From the NCBI GenBank assembly GCA_963826125.1, contig CAWGVV010000002.1, forward strand, positions 873,964 to 937,963: 64,000 nt of DNA, given 5' to 3'. Positions 46,136 through 56,086 of the stretch are shown in pieces. A program made the position numbers and the translations under genes. Origin of the DNA: an uncultured delta proteobacterium (GTDB lineage: Bacteria; Desulfobacterota; Desulfarculia; JACQYL01; CAWGVV01). The stretch's first letter is position 1. Every line of letters begins with the position of its first letter. The notes under the pieces are model-generated. The model saw nothing but the letters and a program-made list of their open reading frames with translations. It made no database searches and had not been told where the DNA came from.

Positions 46136-47496
46136 GTTCCCCGCTCTACATTCCCGGAAAACCGCGTCCGCGCCGATTGGCGGTGCTGGGGCTGGACGGC
46201 GTGGCCTGCACGCTGCTGCGGCAACTCACGGCGCGGGGCGACATGCCCTGCCTCACCTCAATGCTGGCCGGACGGGACATCCTGCGCATCGACAGCACAC
46301 AGCCTCCCGTGTCAGCGGTGGCCTGGACCACCCTGTACACCGGGGCCAATCCCGGAACGCACAACGTTTTCGGTTTTTACGATCTCGCGGAGAATTCCTA
46401 CCGGGGATACTACGTGAGTTCCCGGGACGTGCGTGCGCCCTCTCTGTGGGAGCTTGCCGGTGAGCACGGCCTCCGTTCGCTGGTCCTCAACGTTCCCCAG
46501 ACCTATCCGGCCAAGCCTCTTCAAGGAACGCTCGTGGCGGGATTCCCCGTTCCGGACCTGAAGGAGGCGGTCTATCCTCCCCGCATGTACGATCTGCTGA
46601 TGCGCGAGGGGTACCGGGCCGACCCCGACACCAGGCACGCGGCCCGGCACCATGCCCGATTGCTGGAGGACCTCCGGCAAACCCTGGCCGCACGACGCAG
46701 GGTGGCGCTCGAACTGCTGAGGACCGAACCCTGGAACCTTTGTTTTTTCGTGATTACGGAAACGGACCGGCTGCACCACTTCCTGCACCACGTGCTGGAG
46801 GATGAAGGTCACCCGCTGCATGGGGACGCGCTGGGGCTCTACCGGGAGATAGACGGCCTGCTCGGCGAAGTGTTCGAGCTGCTGGGCGAGCATACCGACG
46901 TGGCGCTTCTGTCCGACCACGGGTTTTCCGGCTTGCACCGGGAATTTTCGATCAACCGCTGGCTCATGGAAAACGGCTACCTGTCGTATTCCCGTCCGGA
47001 CCCGGCGACCATCGAGGACATGAACCCGGCAAGCAGGGCCTTTGGGCTGGACCCTTCCCGTATCTACCTTCATTGGAAAGACCGCTATCCGCAGGGGTGT
47101 GTACTTCCCGGGAGTTCAGGCCTGGCGCTTCGGGAGGAGATCGCCGAACGGTTGGGCGAAGTGCGGGACCCGTGGAACGGCAAAAAAGTGGTGGAGAGGG
47201 TGTGGAGACGTGAAGAGCTTTTCGCCGGTCCGTACCTGGACCGCGCCCCGGACCTGGTGGTGAGCACCGCGCCCGGCTACGACCCCAAAGGGGCCGCCAT
47301 GCGGCCCGCGCTTTTGGGCCATTCTGGACTCACCGGCATGCACACGGCCGACGACGCCTTCCTCATCCTACCCGAACGGTGGGAAGGAGAGCGCCCGCGT
47401 ACCATTGAGGAAGCGGGCGTCATGCTCCGTAGCCGCTTCCTCGGCCGACCGCCTGCCCGCGGACCGGATTTCGGTACCGGAACCCGCTTACAGTGA
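46132..47496 (+). CDS. alkaline-phosphatase-superfamily protein (type I phosphodiesterase / nucleotide pyrophosphatase family)
   Basis: LGLDG…T…G near N-terminus and SDHGF metal-ligand block; start (TTG overlapping cysC stop, or GTG at AVLGLDG) uncertain. Confidence 0.65.
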   Translation: MSSPLYIPGKPRPRRLAVLGLDGVACTLLRQLTARGDMPCLTSMLAGRDILRIDSTQPPVSAVAWTTLYTGANPGTHNVFGFYDLAENSYRGYYVSSRDVRAPSLWELAGEHGLRSLVLNVPQTYPAKPLQGTLVAGFPVPDLKEAVYPPRMYDLLMREGYRADPDTRHAARHHARLLEDLRQTLAARRRVALELLRTEPWNLCFFVITETDRLHHFLHHVLEDEGHPLHGDALGLYREIDGLLGEVFELLGEHTDVALLSDHGFSGLHREFSINRWLMENGYLSYSRPDPATIEDMNPASRAFGLDPSRIYLHWKDRYPQGCVLPGSSGLALREEIAERLGEVRDPWNGKKVVERVWRREELFAGPYLDRAPDLVVSTAPGYDPKGAAMRPALLGHSGLTGMHTADDAFLILPERWEGERPRTIEEAGVMLRSRFLGRPPARGPDFGTGTRLQ

Positions 47497-48534
47497 AGAC
47501 ACCCAGCCGCCCTTGCCGAACGAACAATCGGGGAACCGGCATTCGGGGCAGCCGAGGCAGAGGCCTCCGTGGCCCATGGCGGCGATTTCCCGCCGGGTGA
47601 TTATTTCACCGGCCAATACCCGAGGCAGGAACAGGTCGAAAACAGTGGCCTTGTAGTGAAGTCCGCAGGCCGGAACTCCGACCACGGGGATGGCGCCGAT
47701 GTAGGCGCAGAGGAACATGGCGCCGGGGAGCACGGGGGCACCGTAGTGAATGGCGTCCGCGCCCGCCTTGGCGATCCCGGCTCGGGTGACGTCGTCCGGG
47801 TCCACCGACATGCCGCCCGTGGTGACGATCACTTCGGCGCCGTTCCGGATGAGGCTGGTGATGGCATCGGCGATGATGTCCGTGTCGTCGGGGGCGAAAC
47901 GGACCTCGATCACTTCCGATCCCAGGTCCGCGACCTTGTGGCGAATGATCGGTTCGAACCGGTCCTGTATGATGCCGTGGTAGACCTCATTGCCAGTAAT
48001 GACCACGCCCACGCGACGATGGACCAGCTCCCGCACGGCGATAATGCCGCCGGCCTCCCTGGCGATGCGCGCCGCTTCTTCCACCAGCGCCCGTTTGACG
48101 ATCAGCGGGATGGCCCGTGTGCCGCCCAGTTCCTGTCCGCGCTTCACCACCGTATCGGTGTGGCGGGTGGCGCACATGACCTCGGTCAGAAGGTTGAATT
48201 CCAGAAGCGCCTCGACGTTGATCTTCAGCAGCCCGTCGGTCTGGGCGAATATCTTGAGCTTTCCCTCCCGCGGTTCGCCTTCGGGCTGTGCATTGGGGCC
48301 GCACAGCGCCGGGGCCATGATGGCCACCGCTTGATCCTCGTGGAGGTCGTCTTCGCCAAGGTCCAGAACGAACAGGTGCTCCTTGCCCAACCGCCGGAGA
48401 TGGTCAAGGTCTTCCCGGCGCAAAATATAGCCTTTGCGGAAGGCGGGTCCCTTGAACTCGCCCGGGCGGACTTCCGTTATGTCATGGGCCAAAGGCAAAC
48501 CGACGGCTTCTTCAATGGGTACGCTTTTCGTCAT
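47488..48534 (-). CDS. molybdopterin-binding (MoeA/MogA-fold) domain protein with C-terminal Cys cluster
   Basis: VITTGGMSVD motif; C-terminal CLGCPECRFPDC. Confidence 0.55.
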   Translation of the reverse strand: MTKSVPIEEAVGLPLAHDITEVRPGEFKGPAFRKGYILRREDLDHLRRLGKEHLFVLDLGEDDLHEDQAVAIMAPALCGPNAQPEGEPREGKLKIFAQTDGLLKINVEALLEFNLLTEVMCATRHTDTVVKRGQELGGTRAIPLIVKRALVEEAARIAREAGGIIAVRELVHRRVGVVITGNEVYHGIIQDRFEPIIRHKVADLGSEVIEVRFAPDDTDIIADAITSLIRNGAEVIVTTGGMSVDPDDVTRAGIAKAGADAIHYGAPVLPGAMFLCAYIGAIPVVGVPACGLHYKATVFDLFLPRVLAGEIITRREIAAMGHGGLCLGCPECRFPDCSFGKGGWVSSL

Positions 48535-48860
48535 GGCACACTCGCAGTTGCATATTTCTCCGCATGCCGATCGGCCTGACCGGCAAAGAATGACACGGAC
48601 ACTGGGAATTCCATCCTTATAGCAGAAAAGGAATCACGATCTCAACCAGCATTGGACCCGGAGAGCGCACGGGCGGGAACAATCCCTCGGTTCTTCCGGG
48701 TCCGGGACCGACGCAGCGCGTTCGCATCCCGTCGAAACACATTCGAAAGGCGTGCATACACAAAAAAAATATGTCAGGGTAACTTTTCCCGAGGACCGGT
48801 GCTTTTACGCCATGCGAACCGCCGAATCCCAAACCACCGGATTCTCCCGCCCGGAAGGAT

Positions 48861-50075
48861 ATGGACAAACTTCAAATTCTCTGTTTCTTCATAAGCGGTT
48901 TTCTCGTATCGCGGCTCGTTGTGGCCGTGCGGCTCCCCGAACGAATCGTCGGCTATGCGGTGGGACGACGGCACATCACCATCGGCCGGGTGACGTTCTA
49001 CCTCATTGCTCTTTCAGCCTTTCTTTCCTGCTTCATTCCCAACGCCATCACCGCTCTCACCATGCTGCCGGTGCTCGAACTCTTCCGGCAGGCGTATGAA
49101 AAGAACGGCGAAAACGGGGATTCCATTCCCACGCTTCTGGCGCTCTCCGTCATTTACGGGTCCAACATCGGGGGGATGGGAACCATTACCGGAACGCCCG
49201 CCAACGGCATCTACATCACCTTCCTCGAAGCGCACAAGGTGCCGGGCGCGGCTTCCATCCAGTTTGCCTCGTGGCTGCTCTGGGCGATGCCGCTGGTCGT
49301 TTGCCTGGTGGTCATGGCCTGGTTGGTCATTATGGCGGTGCTCAGACCCTGGCGTTCGGTGAAGTGCACCGTGAACATTACCCTGAAGGAGGAGCACCAC
49401 GACAGGCACCGGCAGGCATGGGCGATCTTCCTCACCCTGGTCTACTTCGCCTCGTCGTTTCTCTTCTCCAGCTGGCTCATCGTTTCTCCGCACAGGATGA
49501 TCCCCATTCTGATCGTCACCGCCGCCTTCACGATGGGCTTTCTGTTGTTTCTTTTCTTTGTCCCCGTGCGCTGCGCCGGAACGGACCGGAAACGGCCGCT
49601 GCTCGCCGTGACCGACTGCTACAGCGGTTTGCCCCTACGCGGATTTCTGTTCGTGGGGGTGGCCTTCGGGTTGGGAATCACCGCGTATTTGCTCGGCCTG
49701 CACATCAAAATGGCCGAATGGCTCACCGCCATCGTTCCCGCTCGGATCACCCTTTTCGCCTTTTTTCTGAGCGTGGCGCTGATGACTTCCTTTGCCACCG
49801 AAATATTGAGCAATACCGCCGTGCAGATAGGAATGTTCGTATTCCTGCTGCCCCTCTCGCTCAAGATGGGCTTCCCGCCGATCACGGTGCTCCTGGTGGC
49901 CACGCTTTCGTGCAACTGCGCCTTCATGACGCCCATTGCCACGGGAGTGAACGGCCTGGTTTTCGGTGGAGTGAGGAAGGTTGCCCTCTGGCGCATGCTG
50001 GTCGTGGGGACGGTAATGAACATTACCGCTGCGCTGCTTATCTCTTTCTGGATGTACCGCGTGGTGCCTTGGTGA
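48861..50075 (+). CDS. anion permease of the SLC13/DASS or ArsB/NhaD (CitMHS) superfamily
   Basis: 404-aa polytopic protein with GGMGTITGTPAN and TPIATGVN hairpin-loop-like motifs. Confidence 0.55.
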   Translation: MDKLQILCFFISGFLVSRLVVAVRLPERIVGYAVGRRHITIGRVTFYLIALSAFLSCFIPNAITALTMLPVLELFRQAYEKNGENGDSIPTLLALSVIYGSNIGGMGTITGTPANGIYITFLEAHKVPGAASIQFASWLLWAMPLVVCLVVMAWLVIMAVLRPWRSVKCTVNITLKEEHHDRHRQAWAIFLTLVYFASSFLFSSWLIVSPHRMIPILIVTAAFTMGFLLFLFFVPVRCAGTDRKRPLLAVTDCYSGLPLRGFLFVGVAFGLGITAYLLGLHIKMAEWLTAIVPARITLFAFFLSVALMTSFATEILSNTAVQIGMFVFLLPLSLKMGFPPITVLLVATLSCNCAFMTPIATGVNGLVFGGVRKVALWRMLVVGTVMNITAALLISFWMYRVVPW

Positions 50076-50532
50076 TTTCCGGGGCGGGAACCGTAGGAGC
50101 TCTGTGTGCCCGTCGTGAGATTCTCAAAGGGCGGACGGTTATTTTTCTGTTCATGCTCTGATGCTCAGCGAACGGTACGTGAACCGATCCCCCACCCGGA
50201 CCATCCCCCGCTGGGAGGCGGGAGGGGCTGAGTTCGCCCCGATACCCGATCCGCTCGCCTGACGCCGATCCACTGTCCGACACCCCCCCGTTCGGGCTGA
50301 GCGATGAGAGCCCGGCCGTTGGCGTAAGGCGTGAAGAACAAACAGCGGTCCGCGTATCGGCGATTTGTCATCTCGAACGATAGCGGGAAATTGCACAGCC
50401 GGGGGCGGCGGCTGTGCTCCACAAGCGGATCGTTTCGCCAGGACAATTTATGCTGAGCACGGGCGCCTCGCCAGTGCGTCGGGGAAACCACTCTGAGCGT
50501 CGAAGGATTTCGCCGTTGATTGAGGGGGTTTT

Positions 50533-50572
50533 GAAAAAAGAGAGGCCGCCCGATGGGCGGCCTCTCTTTTTT
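50533..50572. terminator. bidirectional rho-independent terminator (AGAGAGGCCGCCC-GATG-GGCGGCCTCTCT flanked by A-run and T-run), ~30 nt after the hppA stop
   Basis: read directly. Confidence 0.8.
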
Positions 50573-50596
50573 TCATCGTGCTGCGGAGTGGATCGA

Positions 50597-52600
50597 TTAC
50601 TTCCAGTAGGCCACGAGCAGCGGAGCGATAACCAGGGACACGACCGAGATCAGCTTGATGAGGATGTTCATGGTCGGGCCCGACGTATCCTTGAAAGGAT
50701 CGCCGACGGTATCGCCCACAACGGCTGCCTTGTGGTTGGCCGAACCCTTGCCACCGTAATGGCCGGATTCGATGAGCTTCTTGGCGTTGTCCCATGCGCC
50801 GCCGGCATTGGCCATGAACAGGGCCAGCAGAACGCCGGTGAGGGTGGCGCCGACGAGCATTCCGCCCAGCGCGCCCTTACCGATGATAAAGCCGACTGCG
50901 ACCGGGGAAAGAACACCCACGAGGCCGGGAGCGATCATCATCTTCAAAGCGCCCTTGGTGCAGATGTCGACGCAGGTGGCCGGGTCGGGTTTGCCGGTTC
51001 CTTCCATGAGTCCGGGAATTTCGCGGAACTGGCGGCGGATTTCTTCCACCATCTGCCCGGCGGCCTTGCCCACGGCGGTCATGGTCATGGCGGCGACAAG
51101 GTAGGGAACGATGCCGCCGATGAACACACCGATGACCACATAAGGATCGGTGATGTCGATGGTGTCCATGTGGGCGGCCTGGGTGTAAGCCACGAACAGA
51201 GCCAGGGCGGTCAGAGCGGCGGAGCCGATGGCAAAGCCCTTGCCGATGGCGGCCGTGGTGTTCCCCAAGGCGTCCAGTTTATCGGTGATGGCTCGGGTCT
51301 CGGGGCCGAGTTCGGCCATTTCGGAAATACCGCCCGCATTGTCGGCGATGGGGCCGTACGCATCGACGGTCATGGTCACGCCCACCGTGGAAAGCATGCC
51401 GACGGCGGAGATGCCCACGCCGTACATGCCGCCCGTGATGTAGGCGACGTAGGTGGCCACGCAGATGCCCAGCAGCGGCAGTGCGGTACTTTCAAAGCCC
51501 ACCGCGATGCCGGTGATGATGACCGTGGCCGGGCCGGTAGCCGACTGCGCAGCGATCTTGTGCACCGGAGTGGACGAAGTGTAGTACTCGGCCAGAAGGC
51601 CGATGATGATACCCACCACCAGGCCGGAAATAACCGACCAGAAAACACCCAGGGGCAGACCGATGAGCGTCACGATGTAATAGGTTGCCACAATGAGGCC
51701 GGCTGCGCCGATGAACGTGGAGTAGCGCAGTGCCGCGGCAGGCTCGGCTCCCTGCAATACCTTGATGGAACCCACGCCGATGAACGATGCCAACAGACCG
51801 CCCATGACGACCAGAAGCGGTGCGGCCATGTAAGCCGAGCGCAGCGCTTCCTGATCCTGGGGCAGCACCATGGTGGCGGCGATGGCGATGGTGGCGATGA
51901 TGGCGCCGACGTAGGATTCAAAGATGTCCGCACCCATGCCCGCGATGTCGCCGACGTTGTCACCGACGTTATCGGCGATGACGCCGGGGTTGCGCGGGTC
52001 GTCTTCGGGAATGCCCGCTTCCACTTTGCCCACCAGGTCGGAGCCGACGTCCGCGGCCTTGGTGTAGATACCGCCGCCCATGCGGGCGAACAGGGCGATG
52101 GAGCTGGCGCCCATGGCGAAGCCGTTAATGATGCTGGCCGTTGCGGGGTCCTTCCCGTAGATATAGAAGAAGATACCCACGCCGATGAGGCCCAGGCTGG
52201 CCACCGAGAGGCCCATGACGGAACCGCTGAGGTAGCTGATGTTGAGTGCCCTGGCCTGTCCGTGCTTGTTGGCGGCTTCGGCGGTCCTCGAGTTGCCGCG
52301 AGTGGCGGCGCTCATGCCGAAGTAGCCCGCCAGGATCGAGCAAATTGCACCGGAACCGTAGGCGATGGACGTTTCCCAATTGATTCCAAAGCCGAGAAGC
52401 ACGAACACCGCGGCGGCAAAGAAAAAGAGAATACTGTATTCCCTCTTGAGGAATACCATGGCCCCTTCATGGATCATGGTCTCCAGCTCTTGCATGCGTT
52501 CGTTGCCGTTCGGCTGACTTTTCACATAGGAATAAATCAGGAAGGCAATGACGATGCCGAGCCCGCCCAAATAGGGAGCGTAAACCGTTAAGTGCAGCAT
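50597..52600 (-). CDS. hppA: membrane-bound proton/sodium-translocating pyrophosphatase
   Basis: [57 protein letters not shown] signatures; start at MLHLTV avoids overlap with pth. Confidence 0.9.
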   Translation of the reverse strand: MLHLTVYAPYLGGLGIVIAFLIYSYVKSQPNGNERMQELETMIHEGAMVFLKREYSILFFFAAAVFVLLGFGINWETSIAYGSGAICSILAGYFGMSAATRGNSRTAEAANKHGQARALNISYLSGSVMGLSVASLGLIGVGIFFYIYGKDPATASIINGFAMGASSIALFARMGGGIYTKAADVGSDLVGKVEAGIPEDDPRNPGVIADNVGDNVGDIAGMGADIFESYVGAIIATIAIAATMVLPQDQEALRSAYMAAPLLVVMGGLLASFIGVGSIKVLQGAEPAAALRYSTFIGAAGLIVATYYIVTLIGLPLGVFWSVISGLVVGIIIGLLAEYYTSSTPVHKIAAQSATGPATVIITGIAVGFESTALPLLGICVATYVAYITGGMYGVGISAVGMLSTVGVTMTVDAYGPIADNAGGISEMAELGPETRAITDKLDALGNTTAAIGKGFAIGSAALTALALFVAYTQAAHMDTIDITDPYVVIGVFIGGIVPYLVAAMTMTAVGKAAGQMVEEIRRQFREIPGLMEGTGKPDPATCVDICTKGALKMMIAPGLVGVLSPVAVGFIIGKGALGGMLVGATLTGVLLALFMANAGGAWDNAKKLIESGHYGGKGSANHKAAVVGDTVGDPFKDTSGPTMNILIKLISVVSLVIAPLLVAYWK

Positions 52601-52625
52601 CTTTTCTCCAACCTCCTTTTGGTAA

Positions 52626-53222
52626 TTAATTAAAAGCATTCATGGCTTTGGAAATCCCTTCCCGGATCCAGGTTTCCACCGCCATTACGGCTTTTTCCAC
52701 TGCTTCTCCGGCCTGGTCAGTCTCATCCGAATAAAAAGAATTGAGCACGAATTCCTCGACAGGTTCACTGTAACGGGGACGTCCGATCCCCACCTTGAGG
52801 CGGAGGAACGCCTTCGTTCCCAACTCCCTGATGATGGAATCAACCCCTTTGTGTCCTCCGGACCCTCCCCCGTGAGCAAACTTCATTCTGCCCAAGGGAA
52901 GATCGAGGTCGTCATGCACAATCAAAACGTGATCTAAAGGAATCTTGTAGTAGGCTATCCATTTTTGAACGGCTTGGCCGCTCAAGTTCATGTACGTCTG
53001 GGGTTTGACCGTCAGCACATGCGTCGCCCCCCAGCGGTGTTCCCGCCACAAACTCTGAAACTTCTCCCGTTCGGCACCGGCGGAGAGCGAACGGAGGAAG
53101 TGATGGGCCGCCGAAGAGTCGATATGATGACCGGGAAAACGATCGATCACCTGAAAGCCGACGTTATGCCGGGTCTTCTCGTATTGCCTTCCAGGATTTC
53201 CCAGTCCCACTAAGAGATGCAC
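52626..53222 (-). CDS. pth: peptidyl-tRNA hydrolase
   Basis: LLVGLGNPG…H N VGF N-terminus and GHKGVDS motif. Confidence 0.9.
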   Translation of the reverse strand: MHLLVGLGNPGRQYEKTRHNVGFQVIDRFPGHHIDSSAAHHFLRSLSAGAEREKFQSLWREHRWGATHVLTVKPQTYMNLSGQAVQKWIAYYKIPLDHVLIVHDDLDLPLGRMKFAHGGGSGGHKGVDSIIRELGTKAFLRLKVGIGRPRYSEPVEEFVLNSFYSDETDQAGEAVEKAVMAVETWIREGISKAMNAFN

Positions 53223-53267
53223 GCTGTCTCTCCGTTCTCTCGGCTGTCAGAACGGACGCAACGGCGG

Positions 53268-53891
53268 CTATTCCTCAGCGCCTTCTTCCTCGGCGCCCTC
53301 TTCCTCAGCACCGGCAGCTTTTTCGCCGGCGACGGTCGGTGCAGCCACGGTGGCGATGGTATAATTCACATCGGAAACGACTCTCATCTTATCGCCGAGG
53401 TCGATGTCCAGAATATGGAGCACGTCGCCGAGCTTCATTTTACTCACGTCCACTTCAACCGTCTCCGTCAGATCGCCCGGCAAGCCGGCCACGGTGATCT
53501 CTCGACGGATCTGTTCCAGCATGCCGCCGTCGGCCAGACCGATGGGAGTGCCGGTGAGATGCACGGGAATTTCAAGAGTGACTTCCTGGTCCATTCGGAC
53601 TTCCCAGAAGTCGACGTGCAGGGGGGTGCGCTTGAGGACGTCCCGCTGTATTTCCTTGATCAGAGTGAGTTTATCCGTGCTTCCGCCTTCTTCGTTGATG
53701 CGGAGTTTGATGAATTCGCCAGCGCCTTCTTTGAGCGCCGTATCGAACTTTCGAACATTCACCGTGAGGGAAATGGGTTCGGAATGAGAACTATAGAATA
53801 TGGCCGGGATGTTGCCCGTCACACGAAGTTTTCGTGCCACGCCTTTTCCCGTGCCCGTACGACGTTCTACTTCTATTTCCTGAAACTTCAT
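53268..53891 (-). CDS. rplY: 50S ribosomal protein L25 / general stress protein Ctc, with an acidic AGAEEEGAEEEGAEE tail
   Basis: L25/Ctc N-terminal and beta-barrel domains; tail encoded by three tandem 15-bp repeats. Confidence 0.85.
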   Translation of the reverse strand: MKFQEIEVERRTGTGKGVARKLRVTGNIPAIFYSSHSEPISLTVNVRKFDTALKEGAGEFIKLRINEEGGSTDKLTLIKEIQRDVLKRTPLHVDFWEVRMDQEVTLEIPVHLTGTPIGLADGGMLEQIRREITVAGLPGDLTETVEVDVSKMKLGDVLHILDIDLGDKMRVVSDVNYTIATVAAPTVAGEKAAGAEEEGAEEEGAEE

Positions 53892-53985
53892 GCTCTGTGT
53901 CCTCCGACAAAATAGGGTGCTCTTGGTTTACTCCAGGCACCCTTCAACGTCAAGTGTGTTCTAATGACATTTTTCACAAATTAAA

Positions 53986-54954
53986 TCAAACAAAAAGTGA
54001 ACTGACCGAATCGTCGTTGTGGACACTCAAAATGGCCTTGCCCAATAACTGCGCCACCGACAAACACTGGATTTTTTTCGAAGAACGAGCGGCCCGCGAA
54101 AGGCGGATGGTATTGGTGACCACCAGCTGTTCTATGGGCGAGGCTTCGATTCTCTCCAGGGACTTCCCCGACAGCACCGCGTGGGTCACGCAACCGAAAA
54201 TGCGGGACGCCCCATGCGCCTTGAGGGAATAGGCCGCCACGGAGAGGGTGGTTCCCGTGTCCACAATGTCGTCCACGATCACTACCGTCCTGTCGGACAC
54301 GTCGCCGATGACGTCGATCTTCTCCGGTGTCAGGGTGGGACCGTCGTCCCGTGTGTCCACAATGGCCAGGTCGACGTCCATGCGTTCGGCAAACTCTCTC
54401 ACCCGTGTGACTCCGCCGGTGTCGGGCGAAACCAGCACCACGTCCTGCCCCAAATGGGCTTTCAGATAGCCGATTTCAACGGGCATGGCAAAAAGATGAT
54501 CGACGGGAATGTCGAAGAAGCCCTGGATCTGGCCCCGGTGCAGGTCCATGGTGATTACCCGGTTCGCCCCGGCCGTGGTGATGAGGTCCGCAACCAGTTT
54601 TGCGCTGATGGGAACGCGCGGGGCCACCTTGCTGTCCTGGCGGGCATACCCGTAATAGGGCAGCACGGCGGTGATGCGGTTGGCGGAGGCCCTCTTGAGG
54701 GCATCGATCATAATGAGCAGTTCCATCAAATTCGAATTGACGGGGGACGCGGTGGGCTGGATGACGTAGGAATCCTTCCCCCGCACGTTCTGAAACAGCT
54801 CGACGAACAACTCCCCGTCGCTGAACTGTCGAATGAGGGCATCACCCAGCGGCAAGTCCAGAAATTGACCGATCTCCTGCGCCAATTCCGGGTTGGACGT
54901 TCCCGAAAAAATGACAAGGTCGCCGACTTCCTCGTAAAAAGGAGAATATGGCAC
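53986..54954 (-). CDS. prs: ribose-phosphate pyrophosphokinase
   Basis: PRPP-binding VIVDDIVDTGTT and N-terminal FSG-SNP-LA motifs. Confidence 0.9.
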   Translation of the reverse strand: MPYSPFYEEVGDLVIFSGTSNPELAQEIGQFLDLPLGDALIRQFSDGELFVELFQNVRGKDSYVIQPTASPVNSNLMELLIMIDALKRASANRITAVLPYYGYARQDSKVAPRVPISAKLVADLITTAGANRVITMDLHRGQIQGFFDIPVDHLFAMPVEIGYLKAHLGQDVVLVSPDTGGVTRVREFAERMDVDLAIVDTRDDGPTLTPEKIDVIGDVSDRTVVIVDDIVDTGTTLSVAAYSLKAHGASRIFGCVTHAVLSGKSLERIEASPIEQLVVTNTIRLSRAARSSKKIQCLSVAQLLGKAILSVHNDDSVSSLFV

Positions 54955-55115
54955 CGATTTTCGTCTCCCCGACGCAGTAACGGTCCCTACTTCCGCTCAA
55001 TACCGGAAGCGAAAGGCAACCAGACGCGTACAGATGAAGTATGACATCAAGCGGAATACACTTTCGTTCCGCCGATTCGAGGCGCTGACGGCGTGCTCGT
55101 GCCTACGTTCAATAT

Positions 55116-55190
55116 TGGCTGGGGCGGCAGGATTCGAACCTGCGAATGCGGGTTCCAAAGACCCGTGTCTTACCGCTTGACGACGCCCCA
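55116..55190 (-). tRNA. tRNA-Gln (anticodon UUG), 75 nt with encoded CCA
   Basis: cloverleaf folded by hand: 7-bp acceptor stem, T-arm GCAGG-UUCGAAU-CCUGC, anticodon stem CGGGU/ACCCG with loop CUUUGGA, discriminator G. Confidence 0.85.
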
Positions 55191-55231
55191 ATGCAATCTT
55201 TTTTCCGCTGGGACAGTGCCGGTTGCTTTCC

Positions 55232-56080
55232 TCAGAAGCCGCGAACCAGCGATGCCTTCCACCCGTGCCGGGCGACTGCTTCCCGATACGAGGCTTCAGC
55301 AGGTTCCCGCCGAGAGAACATCCCGAAAACGGTGGGGCCGCTCCCGCTCATAAGCGCCTGCTCGGCGCCGAGTGATACGAGGGTTTCGCGGATGGCCCGC
55401 AATTCAGGGTAGGCGGCCAGCGTTACGCTTTCCAGATCGTTGTGCAGGTTCTCAACCGCCCATGTGGCAATCCCAGGGCCATTTTTTATAGGACTGCGGG
55501 TAGTTATTGTCAACTCCATTTTCAGATTGCGGTACACCCACGCAGTGGGGACTTCAAGGGGGGGATGCACCAGCACGAACCATTTCCGCGGCAGCGTCAC
55601 TGGGGTGAGCCGCTCGCCGACACCCTCCCCCACGGCGGCGGAGACTTCCCGCAGGAAGAACGACACGTCGGCGCCGAGGGAGAGCCCCATCTCCTCCAAC
55701 CGTTCGTTCGAGAGGGGACGGCCGAAAAGGTGGTTCAGGCCGAGGAGCGCGGAGGCCGCATCGCTGCTGCCTCCGCCGAGTCCTGCGGCCAGCGGGATCG
55801 ACTTGCGGAGCGTCAGCTCGACGCCCGCTTCCGATCCCGTGGTCCGCAGGAAAAGATCGGCCGCCCGCCATACGAGATTCCGCTCGTCCTCCGGCAGGAC
55901 GCTGTCCGGGCAGGACAGCGCCACCGAAGGAGTGTTCGAACGGCCGACCCGCAGACGGTCGAACAGCGACACTCGTTGGAATACCGTTTCCAATTCGTGG
56001 TAGCCGTCGGGCCGCCTGCCCACCACCCGCAGGTGGAGGTTGATCTTGGCCGGACAGAGAATTTCAATGGCTGCGGCCAT
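55232..56080 (-). CDS. ispE: 4-diphosphocytidyl-2-C-methyl-D-erythritol kinase
   Basis: GHMP-kinase motifs (PAKINLHL, LAAGLGGGSSDA). Confidence 0.9.
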   Translation of the reverse strand: MAAAIEILCPAKINLHLRVVGRRPDGYHELETVFQRVSLFDRLRVGRSNTPSVALSCPDSVLPEDERNLVWRAADLFLRTTGSEAGVELTLRKSIPLAAGLGGGSSDAASALLGLNHLFGRPLSNERLEEMGLSLGADVSFFLREVSAAVGEGVGERLTPVTLPRKWFVLVHPPLEVPTAWVYRNLKMELTITTRSPIKNGPGIATWAVENLHNDLESVTLAAYPELRAIRETLVSLGAEQALMSGSGPTVFGMFSRREPAEASYREAVARHGWKASLVRGF

Positions 56081-56086
56081 CTGCGC

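Noticed and set aside
53271-53312. Three tandem ~15-bp repeats
   Set aside because: They simply encode the acidic AGAEEEGAEEEGAEE tail of L25/Ctc; a low-complexity protein tail, not a regulatory or mobile repeat.
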